Assembly (NCBI GenBank): GCA_951406725.2
Contig: OX597826.1
Coordinates: 11,594,001 to 11,658,000, forward strand
Length of the DNA stretch: 64,000 nucleotides
Source of the DNA: Octopus vulgaris
Taxonomy: Eukaryota
Direction: 5' to 3'
Shown here: positions 38,289-51,208 of the stretch, piece by piece
Layout: every line of letters begins with the position of its first letter
How positions within the stretch are numbered: position 1 is the first letter of the stretch
Translations under genes and position numbers: made by a program
The notes under the pieces: generated by a model
Told to the model about the DNA's origin: nothing
The model's database searches: none
The model's input: only the letters and a program-made list of their open reading frames with translations

Positions 38289-39019
38289 TGGTAAATGCAA
38301 ATATAATGCCGGTAGATACAAAAAGAATGTTTCCAAGTCCAGTACATCTGAAAAAGTTAGGTGTGCTGAACTACATTTATACGTTGTTGTTTGGTCCTAG
38401 GTGAAACTGATAGAGCTATAATATGTTAGAAATCGTACCATCCCTGTGTCATAGCTAAAGTGTGTACTGCTCGGGTCAGCCCTTAAGTTTCCCACTACAC
38501 ATCCCTGGACCAATAGAGCCTATACAGACACATTCAATAGGTCCCCAAATTCTGGTCCTATAATAGCGTTACCCGGAGCGATTTCCTCCCCCTCCAATTA
38601 GGCTACGCTTCCAGTCGTGACTATTTTCTTTGATGTTTTCACCAGAAATCGTGAATGTAAGATTACCAAATTGTGATTTCTTCTTTTTTTTCCATTCATT
38701 TATTCTTTCTTTTTAGAACTGTGAATTAAGACTTGAGGTACAGTCCGTCCGACGGGTTTTCACACACAGATTCCGTCTCCCTAATTTAACTAACAAGCCA
38801 CGGTAAAAGACATTTCCTCAAGATGCCACAAAGTAGGATCGAAACCGAGGTCTCGTCACGGTGATTTAAACTTTTAAACTATTTAAACATGTTGCGTCCA
38901 TATAGGACAACAATATCCAAAACACTTCAATTTTTGCAAAAACAAAACGGTAGAATCTGGTTTAAGAGACATTTGAATCTTATTTCTAACCAGTCGAGCG
39001 ATCTCGTGGAGACATCCAT

Positions 39020-39430
39020 ACACTTCTTCTTGTTCGACCGTGGTCGAGACAATGGAATTTACTATGCTACGCCAGAATTCACGGTCCATCATAGCATTAC
39101 GGAGGTGCTGTTGCTGGATGCCTGTATCCCTGGAAATTACATCAGCGTAGGAGAGTGTGCGCCCTCTGGTATCGCGAGCAGATGACTTCCAGAGGAGAAG
39201 AGTAGAAATTACCTCGTTTTCAGCTTTACAACAATGTCCAGCAAACTGGACTCTTCTACCTTTCACAAGAGATGATACAGGTGGTAATTCCCCATCTATT
39301 TATACTTTGGTTGGATGACGCTTCCACGAGAGATTTTGAGCTCTCATAAGGAGGCGAGTGTAAGTTCCATCCAACCGCCTCTTAAGCATCTTTGATAACG
39401 TCCAGGTTTCTGAGCCATATAGAAGAATAC
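39020..39430 (-). mobile_element. RTE-clade LINE 3' fragment
   Basis: ILLYGSETWT, RRVQFAGHC, LLLW, MMDREFWRSIV: RTE ORF C-terminal motifs; 5'-truncated. Confidence 0.88.
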
Positions 39431-39798
39431 ACTAGTAAGGTATTAGTAACGAGTCTTCTTAATTGAAACTTGATTTTTTTTAACAACAATTATGAATAAT
39501 TTGTTATCCTTACATGGTGGATAGTACAATGGACTTCTTTGATGCTCTGTCAAACATTTTAAGTTAAACAGAAGACATCAAATACACTGTACTCTCAATC
39601 CGCGTTCCACTCCCTAAAGACACACTAATACGCATAAGCTTCACAGATGTATGTATAAATTACACTTTCATAATCATGGGAATAAAATCATGCATGCAAA
39701 AATAAATTTAACACGTAATTGAACGATATTGTAATACGTGCGTATAAACGATACATGCCTGTATTTGCGTATGCTTGTGTATGTGTACGTGTGTATGC

Positions 39799-39850
<52 letters not shown>

Positions 39851-39981
39851 ATGTACAAATCGATAGCTCTATATGGATAAAAATACAGAAATTCTAATAA
39901 GCTGTATTGAAGCTAATCTTTAGTCTCGTAATTAAAATGTTTTCATAGTTGCGTTCTTTCTTGAAACACGCATACACGCAA

Positions 39982-40031
<50 letters not shown>

Positions 40032-40218
40032 GCATACATATAATACACACCTATAAATATGGATACATACATATACATACATACATACATACATACATAC
40101 ATACATACATGCATGCATACATACACTAGCGTATACTTTGCATAATTATGCAGGCATATATTTGCATAAAGATGTTTGCATGTATGTTTACGTGTGCATA
40201 TGTGTATTTGAAACGGTG

Positions 40219-40259
<41 letters not shown>

Positions 40260-40274
40260 AAGAGTAAGAGTAAG

Positions 40275-40306
<32 letters not shown>

Positions 40307-40658
40307 AGAGAGATAAAGTGAGAATGAAGGATAGCGAGAACGAGAGGGGGAGAGAAAGAAAGAGGTGAAAGAACAGAGAGAGAAAATAAGAGAATGAGAA
40401 AAGGGTGAGAAAATACAGAATATATATGTGTGTATTCCTATATATGTATGTATGTATGTATGTACACACATATACACACACATACACACGTCTGTATATA
40501 TATGCATATATATGTGTGCGTGTGAGTGAATGTGTGTATGTGTGTATGTGTGTGTGTGTGTGTGTGTGCAGTCATGACTTTTTTAAGTGTGAACTGCATG
40601 TATGTATATATATATATATATATAATATAATATAATATAATATAATATAATATAATAT

Positions 40659-40718
<60 letters not shown>

Positions 40719-41264
40719 CACACCCCTACGATCATACGCACATGTATAGCAACTATACAAATAAACATACACACACCGCCACGATGTCCCCGTAGCAAGA
40801 CTGTTATTTATTTAGTCTGTCTTGGAGTTTGTCCATCAATCTGTCTCTCTGCCTGCCTGTCTGCCTTCCTGTCTGTCTATCTGTCTGTCTGTTAGTCAGT
40901 TGCTCCATTATTTTCGCAATGTTTCCACTTCGGTACATTGGTTTTTGCTCGTTTGCAGGCCACAGCTGTTGTGTCATGCGCAGTGAAGTCTTATGATCTT
41001 GCCATGTCGTCTGGTCAAGATGTCTGCTATGTGTCGCCATTGAAAACACATGCTGCGCGTCACTGCAAGCCTCGTCCCATCAGGATTTCCTTACTTTAAT
41101 AATATCCCATACAGACACAAATGTACATACGATCCCTCTTCTCTCCCCCACAACACAATAAACTCATGCAGTTATTTTTTTTGTTTATATTTTATGCTAA
41201 TTACATTAATTTTATTGTATTTTATTTCATTTTTGCAGTATTCATCCACTTTTTCATTCGTCTG

Positions 41265-41481
41265 CTCTTCTTCTTCTTCTTCTTCTTCTTCTTCTTCTTC
41301 TTCTTCTTCTTCTTCTTTTTCTTCTTCTTCTTCTTCTTCTTCTTCTTGTTCTTGTTCTTGTTCTTCTTCTTTCTCATTATACACTTGCTCATTCTACCTT
41401 CTTTATCACCTCACTTAATCTCACATAATAATAATAATGATAATGATGATGATGATGATGATGATGATAGTAATAATGATA

Positions 41482-41525
<44 letters not shown>

Positions 41526-41680
41526 AATAATAATAATAATAATAACAACAACAACAACAACAAAAACAACAACAACAAAACAACAAAAACAACAACAATA
41601 AAAACAACAACAACAAAAACAACAACAATAATAATAACAATAATAATAACAATAGTAATAATAATAACAATAATAATAAC

Positions 41681-41712
<32 letters not shown>

Positions 41713-41797
41713 TAACAACAACAAAAACAACAACAATAATAATAACAATAACAACAACAACAACAACAAAAACAACAACAATAATAATAACAACAAC

Positions 41798-41854
<57 letters not shown>

Positions 41855-41880
41855 TGTTATCAACATCATCTTCATCGTCG
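41265..41880. repeat. Compound trinucleotide microsatellite field (TTC)n, (GAT)n, (AAT/AAC)n
   Basis: Read directly; explains the low-complexity ORFs in the track. Confidence 0.95.
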
Positions 41881-41892
41881 TCATCGTCGTTG

Positions 41893-42657
41893 TAGCCCCT
41901 TGTGGGTCGTAAAGAAATAGGTATTTCGTCTGCCGCTACGTTCTGAGTTCAAATTCCGCCGAGGTCGACTTTGCCTTTCATACTTTCGGGGTCGATTAAA
42001 TAAGTACCAGTTACGCACTGGTGTCGATATAATCAACTTAATCCGTTTGTCTGTCCTTGTTTGTCCTCTCTGTGTTTAGCCCCTTGTGGGTAGTAAAGAA
42101 ATAGATATTTCGTCTGCCGCTACGTTCTGAGTTCAAATTCCTCCGAGGTCGACTTTGCCTTTCCTCCTTTCGGGATCGATTAAATAAGTACCAGTTACGC
42201 ACTGGTGTCGATATAATCAACTTAATCCGTCGGTCTGTCCTTGTTTGTCCCCTCTATGTTTAGTCCCTTGTGGGTAGTAAAGAAATAGGTATTTCGTCTG
42301 CCGCTACGTTCTGAGTTCAAATTCCTCCGAGGTCGACTTTGCCTTTCCTCCTTTCGGGGTCGATTAAATAAGTACCAGTTACGCACTGGTGTCGATATAA
42401 TCAACTTAATCCGTCGGTCTGTCCTTGTTTGTCCCCTCTATGTTTAGTCCCTTGTGGGTAGTAAAGAAATAGGTATTTCGTCTGCCGCTACGTTCTGAGT
42501 TCAAATTCCTCCGAGGTCGACTTTGCCTTTCCTCCTTTCGGGATCGATTAAATAAGTACCAGTTACGCACTGGGGCCGATGTAATCGACTTAATCCCTTT
42601 GTTTGTCCTTGTCTGTCCTCTCTGTGTATAGACCCTTGTGAGCAATAAAGAAATAAG
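41893..42657 (+). repeat. Headless tandem array of four 184-bp SINE B units
   Basis: TAG(C/T/A)CCC recurs at 41893, 42077, 42261, 42445 and 42629; each unit keeps the B box GAGTTCAAATTCC but there is no A-box head. Confidence 0.93.
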
Positions 42658-42659
42658 AA

Positions 42660-43122
42660 TAGTCCAAATTGTTTATAGATTAATTTGTATGTTCCGGGCA
42701 TCTGTTTATCGTTGTCACACGAAGTTCAAGGATGGTTCAGAGGATGTGATGGACGATGAGAGGTATGAGAGTTGGAAGAACATCAGAACATTAGAGCTGA
42801 TTCAGAAGATACGCAATTATCTGGCTGACGACTGTCGTGGGTCTAAAAAGACAATGGACGTACAGTTTGAAGTTTGTGAATCAACTGTACACAGAAGTAT
42901 TCCTGAAGATCTGAACATGCGCAAAATTTGTGCAATGTTTGTTCCCTGGGTGCTCAGTGACGAACAGAAGACAAGATGCATCGGTGACAACGAGGAAATG
43001 GTTGAGCTAATTACTCTAATTTCAGGACACTTCAATCTCTAGTGACCTGTGACGAAAGCTATATCTGCTGTTATGATCTAGCGATCAAGAGATAGAGTGC
43101 TCTTGGAAGCATCCCGGCTCAC
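42660..43122 (+). mobile_element. Degenerate mariner (Tc1/mariner) transposase fragment
   Basis: SVYRCHTKFKDGSEDVMDDER, STVHRSIPEDLNMRKICAMFVPWVLSDEQK, then LVTCDESYI..YD and WKHPGS after frameshifts (HTH + WVP(H) linker + first catalytic D). Confidence 0.88.
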
Positions 43123-43130
43123 GCAGGTGC

Positions 43131-43170
<40 letters not shown>

Positions 43171-43253
43171 CACACACACATATATTTGTATATATATATA
43201 TATATAAATATGATATATATATGTATGTATACATACACATATATACATACATT

Positions 43254-43317
<64 letters not shown>

Positions 43318-43769
43318 ATGTATGTGTGTGTGTCTGTAGCTACATATATTCTATGTCAGCACCGTATTAGTATCAGCTTATTAGCGAAAATAACTGTGGC
43401 TGGGCTGCATAAATTGTAGGATAACATAATGGCATATGTATGTGTGTGTTAGTGAGAAAGAGAAAGGGAGAAAGAGAGAGAGGGAGAGAGAGGGGGTGTG
43501 AGGGAGGGTAAAGTATGGAGTTTTACGGCTGAAGTCAGACCAAGGGCAAAGTGGTCATGAATCCTGTAACCATTCAACTAGCTCTAATCATACAATAGTT
43601 CTTCCTACCTCACTTGTTTGTCCCTTCATCTTCTCATTTCGATTCTAACATGCATGGGAATAAAACAAATAATTTTTGGCTCTCGTTAAACACTTCTTTT
43701 GTCGATCACCACGGCCGTGGGATCTACGTACACAGCAAGTTGTATGCAAAAAAGCTAACAAGTGGAATT

Positions 43770-43890
43770 GAAAAGAGTAAAGCGAAAAGGAACCGTACAG
43801 AGATTACACTGGACATTGAATTTCATGATTTAAAAAGGCTTGAGGCAGGAGAAAATATCAGTAACATTGCTAAAATATTAAAGTTTTCAA
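43770..43890 (+). mobile_element. Tigger/pogo (CENP-B-type HTH) N-terminal relic
   Basis: KAKRNRTEITLDIEFHDLKRLEAGENISNIAK resembles KRKxITLExKxxIIKRxExGExxxxIA. Confidence 0.55.
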
Positions 43891-44323
43891 AATTTATAGA
43901 GAGAAAAGTGAATCTAAGTGCTCAAGAATCTACTCAATTAATTCCATGTATCTTATTCTTCATACATCAAATATTATGCTCAAATTAGAATGACACTTGA
44001 ATGTATGATTCGATATAATGTAACGATATGCAGGATGATAACTAAATACAAAAGAGTCACAAGTTTCTATGACGATTTACATGAAAATGAGGGTTAATCT
44101 TCTAATCTTCTAAGAAAACCGTTTTTCAGGCTACTAAAGACCTGTTTGGGGGACTGAAAGAGCGTTTCAATTCGCTCAGCACAAAAATGACTCACGAAGC
44201 TTTATATGAAAATCAATGGGCAAATAATTTTGCGAAATGGAATTTTGCCTCACGACAATATTTACATAAGCACATTAATTTAATTCCGTAACGTGAGAAA
44301 TTTCTGCATATATATATATACAT

Positions 44324-44404
<81 letters not shown>

Positions 44405-44840
44405 TATAGATAGATAGCTAGCTAGCTAGATAGATAGATACATACATACATACATACATACATACATACATACATACATACATACATACATACATACATA
44501 CATACATACATACATACGTACATACATATGTATACACACACACACACACATACACAGGCACGTTTGCACTTATAACCACGCCCGTACACATAAGTACATT
44601 TAGACTTATACACAGTATGTGTGTCTACAGGTGAGTGTGTGTGTGTGAGTTATTGCATATGATCTGAATATAAGTAGAAAAGGTAAAAGATAAGCGTTGG
44701 CAAGTGATGAGGTCTAAAAAGATGGAGATTGAAAGGGGGGGGTTTGATGATGTTGGTGAAAAGTTAAAAAAAGAACAAAGGATGAATAAACAAGCGAAGG
44801 AGAACAGTAGTAGCAGCCGCAGCAGCAGCAGTAGTAGTTT

Positions 44841-44893
<53 letters not shown>

Positions 44894-45506
44894 AAGGCAG
44901 AGTCATAGGTTTATTATGTGTTGTTGAAGTCAATATGTGAGGTGGCCAAAGATTTAATTAAAAGAAAGCAGGCTGAGCCATCAGTTAATCTGGCAACTTA
45001 TATGCAGAACGATTGGTAGGAGCAGAGGAAGAAAATGGCGGGGAAAATGCTTCTCTCTCTCTCTCTGTTTTTTTTTTTTTTTTTGTCGTTAGGGCGAGAT
45101 GAGGGTGAGATCATGATGAGTTCATAATTAACATGTTGTGACTGATAATAGTGATGATGGTGATGACGATTACAACTACAGTAATGATGATAAGCGGCGA
45201 TGACGATGATGGTGGCGATGATGCTGATGGGGAAAATGATGACAATGACGACATCAACGACTACGACGATAATGACGATAGGACGAGATTTCGTCGCACC
45301 ACGATGTTTGTTTTGTTCTTAATACGGCATGCCCATATGAGAAATGTATATCAACACAAGCACCGCAACAACTGGTCTATCATCAATATATAAAAATAAA
45401 ATATGATGCATATATATATATATATATATATAGATAGATAGATATATACATACATATATATATATATATGTGCGTGTGTGTGTGTGTGTGTATATATATT
45501 TGTGTA

Positions 45507-45567
<61 letters not shown>

Positions 45568-45908
45568 AAAAAATGAAGTTCGAAAATGCTGCTGTATTAT
45601 ACAATTTTTAAATTTTATATATACATTATAACATGTTTCAGTTCCTGAAATGAACCTTATCAAAAAAAGTTATATATAAAAAGAGACAGCTCATGCCGTC
45701 AAACACAAGAAATTCATTTATAATACACAACGGAGTCAGACATCTTAGAGTTCATGTATAGTTGATATATAGTTCATGTATAGTTGATATATAGTTTGAA
45801 GTATATGTTCAAAGTGTTCGATGCAGTGGCCCACGGTGGCGATACGTATTCAATACAAAAAACAGATCAAAGTGGTGGAAAGCGGTCAATACAGAAGATT
45901 GATGTTTC

Positions 45909-45955
<47 letters not shown>

Positions 45956-45958
<3 letters not shown>

Positions 45959-46137
45959 AGAGTTTACGAAAAAAACAAAAGACGAAGTCAGGTGGTGTAG
46001 AAAACAAACAGATTTATTAGTATAACGCTTGGGAATTGAAAAAGTCTTTAACGTTTCGAGCCTACGCTCTTCCACAGAAAGGAACACAGAAAGAAACAAG
46101 GAGAGAAAAAATTGAGTAGTGGCTAGCGATCTATCAT
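45956..46137 (-). mobile_element. Penelope-like 3'/pseudo-LTR fragment in (TA)n with a minimal hammerhead-like motif at 46046-46081
   Basis: Minus strand CTTT-CTGTGGAA-GAGC.GTAG.GCTC-GAAACGTT-AAAG; homologous to 58705-58845, which follows a PLE RT fragment. Confidence 0.7.
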
Positions 46138-46139
46138 AT

Positions 46140-46575
<436 letters not shown>

Positions 46576-47089
46576 TTTCCAGGTAGGAAGAGTTTCGCAC
46601 GATCACCTTTTTGGTTATATTGGCTCTTTTGCAGATTGTGTCTCTTTGGTAGAATGTATTGCCTGTAAAGCCAATGAACTGTCTTTAGACCCATACATAT
46701 TTACCTTTTTTTGTCGTTATACGAGATGTTAGTATTTAATTAGAAAATTAATAATATTTGTAGGTATTTTAATGTAAATGCAAGGGTTTCATTTAAGTGA
46801 ATGCAGGTATTTTAGCCTCATTTCTATGAAATGAAACTTCAACTGAATCTCACTTCGACATTTTGTTTTGTTTATTAACCCATTTGTCTGCGATACGATA
46901 AACACTTCAGTTACGGCGTTTTAGTAATTCTATCATTCTTCTGAAATGCGGATAATTTGTTTTTAATAGTTAATATAATTTCAGAATTCTCGGGTTTTGA
47001 TGTGGATATACCTTGGCCATTGGGAGTCCCTTTTTATTTCTGGGTACTTCGGGCGAATACTCCAGCCACAAGCATTTCATTTTCTTCAG

Positions 47090-47680
47090 TGTTAGCACTG
47101 ACCGGTCGACCACTTTTCTGAGCAGTGCAGATCGACCCAGTCTGCTAAAATTTTTCACGTATTCTATAAACTGTTAATCTTGTCAGAAATGGTCTTTGAA
47201 ATTCATCAGTCCAATTTTGTCTAACCATTCCTGCATTCTCTGTTTTCCAGTATTGCTTGATGATCCAATTTCATTCATCGTTGGTCAAATTTCTATATAC
47301 ATAATAAATATCTGATATTAGGAATAATTATTTTATAATAGAATTAAGTTAAAACCAAAATAGAATCATAGAATTCTTATCCTAAAAAGTAAATAGAGAA
47401 AGGGTAAGAACATTTCACTCATATTAAGCTAATGTATATCTACTTTTGTCCTGCCCTGTATACACACGTACCCAACCATAATAACCTTCTATTTTCTCAT
47501 TCATATTTATTGTAACTTGACCCTTGGTTAAAATTTTTGCGTTTTGTGATACTCTGCATAATTAAAAAAAGTTTCTCCTCTGTGTATTTACTTTAGAAAT
47601 ATTTTGAAGTATTTATTTAGTCTCTTAAGCACAAAGGATTAGTAATTTTACATATCATTTTATAAGGGATTTTATGTTCC
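47090..47680 (-). mobile_element. Very old R4/Dong-like LINE C-terminal remnant
   Basis: EWLDKIGL...KNFSRLGRSALLRKVVD resembles WLxKLGI...QKxxLLGxAxILRKVL; LLILCA*E..LCRV further upstream. Confidence 0.35.
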
Positions 47681-48147
47681 ACATAAGTATACAAGCGGGA
47701 TTCGTGTAAAAGATATTTAGTTTCCTTCACTTTCTAGTAAAATATTTGTTTCAACAAATGTCCTGCCTTTGACTGTCAAATTACCCAGGGGCAGACGTTG
47801 GGAAATATTTGGATTTAATAATGAAATACAAGATTGAGTATCATGGATCCGAAGTATGGTGAAAGTTTATTACGTTATCCTTTTAAGACATGTAATAAGA
47901 TAAAATAATCATTCCGAAGAGCTTCCACATGTTTTCATTAAACAAATTTTTTAGTCATGTAGTCATGTACTAGGGGAACAAATGACATAAGTTACTGGAA
48001 CTTTAGTTACCATTATCGTTGCCAAGCACGGTCCATAGATTTTACCATCGAAAAACAAATAATTATCCATTATGAAAATGATGTATTCAGCTTTGAGACA
48101 AATAATTTCAACATCCGATATCAAATTTATTCCAATAGCGGTTTCAA

Positions 48148-48545
48148 TTATTGGCACAAGGCCAGCAATTTCAGTGGCGGGGATAAGTGTACTACATTGA
48201 TCTCAGTGTTTAGCTGGTATTTATTCTATCGATCCCGAAAGGATAAAAGGCTAAGTCGACCTCGGCGTAATTTGAACTCAGAAGGTAAACCTGGATGAAA
48301 TGCCACGAAGTATTTTATCCGGCTGGCTCACGGTTCTGCCAGCTTACTGCCCTACTTTATTCCAATATTAAACCACGGAAACGGGCAGTTAGATGGCAGA
48401 ATCGTTAGTACTCTGGGCAAACCGCTTAGCGGTATTTCGTCCGTCTTTACGTTCTGAGATCAAATTTCGCCGAGGTCGACTTTGCCTTTCATCCTTTCGG
48501 GGTCAAAAAATAAGACCAGGATCGATGTAATCGACTCATTCACCT
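48148..48545. mobile_element. Two SINE B copies in divergent inverted orientation (48148-48352 minus; 48385-48545 plus)
   Basis: Both carry the family B head and body, ~35 bp apart. Confidence 0.85.
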
Positions 48546-49462
48546 CTGCATTTTATATTTATGTGACATATTTATGAAATATATAGTGATTTCTAGAGAC
48601 TACACTCAGGCAATTCCTCAGGGTATGAGTGATCTACTTGAAAGCAGTCCTTGATTCTGATGGTTTCAACTGACCTACCTGCTATACGTAGAGTTACAGA
48701 TCCTCGCCTATGGGTGAATAACCTCACTGCTTAATGAGTTGAAAGTGGAGTAAGCCCCATAATATATTTGATCTGTTGTTTGATTTGACACTTCCGGCAA
48801 TATCAGCAGTCAAAATGGTGAAAAAGTACAGCTCTGCATTCATCTGGACCACACCAATGACACCCAAAAGTTTCTTAAACGTGGGCAAATCAAGCTTGCA
48901 ATTTGAGGACAAATTAGTACCACTGTGATAAACGTCTGTACATATACTTTCCGTTTACCCAAATTCACCCACATGGTATGGGTCGACTCGAGGCTGCCCG
49001 TGCTTAGAGCATCAAGGGAACGGGGCAACACAGAAGTGGTAAATGGTTTATGGTACAAAAGAAATCACTTTAAACTCGCTAAGATAGAATTCGAAGTGGT
49101 TTTTTATGGTCGGAAATATAATTTAGAAGTATTCATGGTGCTATAGTCAAGATCTGGTCAAAGGCTTTGCAAAAAAAAAAGAAAAGAAAAAAGTAGGAGG
49201 ATATTTTTCAAATATAAATAATGTAGAAGTATACGAAAATAAACTTTATTTTCCACCTTACTGTTAATTTTGTTCCATTTTGAAAAATAAAAATTTATTT
49301 TATAGTTTATTATTGTTTATATTTTGAACTACATACATATTGGGATAAGCCTCTGAGGGTCTTAATCCGGTCTTGACTGAAATCTACGTGGTTGTGAAGC
49401 GAGCTGCTTAGTCATTCAACCGCACTGTGCCTATCTATGTATATGAGTATATATGTATATAT

Positions 49463-49620
49463 CTGGATCTTTCCTTCTCCTATGTTTCCGACGAAGAGCT
49501 CCGCTCGAAACGTTAAACCCTCCTTCTTTCCTTCTTTCCTGAGCGTCCAATAATACTATATTTGTTCCACGTCCTCGCGTTGTTGTGTTTTTTTTGTGCT
49601 TTCTTGTTTGGATTAACTTT
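49463..49620 (+). mobile_element. Penelope-like pseudo-LTR fragment in (TA)n with a minimal hammerhead-like motif at 49484-49518
   Basis: GTTT-CCGACGAA-GAGC.TCC.GCTC-GAAACGTT-AAAC; pyrimidine-rich tail similar to the 46k and 58.7k copies. Confidence 0.65.
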
Positions 49621-50541
49621 ATATATATATATACCAGAACGTTTCAACTCAGTGTATACAACCCTGTAGTTCCTGAATTCTTCAGTACTAGTGGCAATCA
49701 GATTCCTCCACAACCCTTTATCTGATATAAGACCTTTCTCGGTCCTCAACATTAATTTATTTTTTGTTTGTTTTAAATGTTTTTAAGGTTGTCTTTGAAA
49801 CACCTGCATGGATTGCACTGGGGTTATTTTCCTTTTAGACTTACCAAGATACACTCATCCTGAGCGGCGTACACACACACACACGCACACCACCTGTACA
49901 AACACACTCACACACACACACATACACACACGTGCCTACACACACATTTATAAAAACAGACAAATGTACACACATACGTACGCATATATATATACACACA
50001 TATCACTTAAAAACTTACAAATCAAGACTACAAAAGTTAAGTTATTGAGAAAATCGATACCATATCAAAGTTCGTTTGGTTGCCTGTTATCGATCGATTT
50101 CTAATACAGGCACAAGGTCACATATGCTGTTTATCATGATGTTAGAGATGGTGCTGTTGATGGTGCCAGTGATGACCTTATCTGGTATTTATTTTATTGA
50201 TTCACAGAAGGACAAAAAGCAAAATTCATCTCTGCGAGATTTGCACTCGGAACCTAAATAGACATATATCGAAATCTTTACGCTCCACACCCGCTTAAAA
50301 GGAAAAGTCAAACAACGCACAATCAGTTTGTAATCCCTTATAAGTCATATGCCTTGTGCTTATGACAGAATTGTGTAGCGAACTAATTTATAGATGTTGG
50401 GTTCAAACTTGCAGAAAAAGGCGTTGCGTCCTTTCTTTCTGTTAAGTACACTTTATTTCCTAATTCCTCCACCATTCATTAGGAAATAATTTACAAGATA
50501 ATCTCGAATTCTTACATTCGATAGATTCGTTCGTTCTATTA

Positions 50542-50698
50542 TAGGCACAGGCGTGGTAAAAAGCTTGCTTCCCAACCACATGGTTCTGGGTTCAATCCCA
50601 CTGCATGGCACTTTAGGAAAGTGCTTTCTACTATAGCCTCAGGCCGACCAAAGCCTTGTGAGTGGATTTGGGAGGCGGAAATTGAAAGAAGCCCGTCG

Positions 50699-50764
<66 letters not shown>

Positions 50765-50778
50765 CATACATACATACA

Positions 50779-50814
<36 letters not shown>

Positions 50815-51020
50815 TGCGTTTGTCCTGCACCACCGCTTGACATTCGGTGTCGGTGTGTTTGTGTCTCCATAACCTAATATTTCGGCAAAAGATACCGGTA
50901 GAAGAAGTACTAGGCTTTAAAAAGAATTGCTGGCGTCGATTCATTCGACTAAAAATTGAAGACGGTGCCCCAGCATGGCCACAGTCTAATGCTAATAGCT
51001 GAAACAAATAAAAAGAAGAA
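50542..51020 (+). mobile_element. SINE family A
   Basis: Family A head, core, expanded internal microsatellite and tail. Confidence 0.88.
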
Positions 51021-51034
51021 AAAAAAGATCTAGA

Positions 51035-51208
51035 GGCGAGCAAGTCAATTTCATCGACACCACCGCTTGACTGGTACTTATTTCATCGATTCTGAAAGAA
51101 TGAAGGGCAAAGTCGACCTCGGCGGAATTTGAACTCTGAACGCAAAGCCGGGAGAAATGTCGCTAAGCTAAATGTCTAGCATGCTATTTCTCTGCTTGCT
51201 CGCCGCCC
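51035..51208 (-). mobile_element. SINE family B, diverged
   Basis: GGCAAAGTCGACCTCGGCGGAATTTGAACTC. Confidence 0.8.

Noticed and set aside
40935-41098. Possible + strand exon after a TTTGCAG acceptor
   Set aside because: No recognisable peptide, donor site or partner exons
41121-41912. 263-aa ORF and many other long low-complexity ORFs (e.g. 57167-58132, 61858-62616, 21715-22464, 10848-11399)
   Set aside because: Translations of microsatellites lacking stop codons; no domain signal
41893-42657. Regular repeat array resembling CRISPR
   Set aside because: Units are contiguous 184-bp SINE bodies with no unique spacers; eukaryotic context, no cas genes
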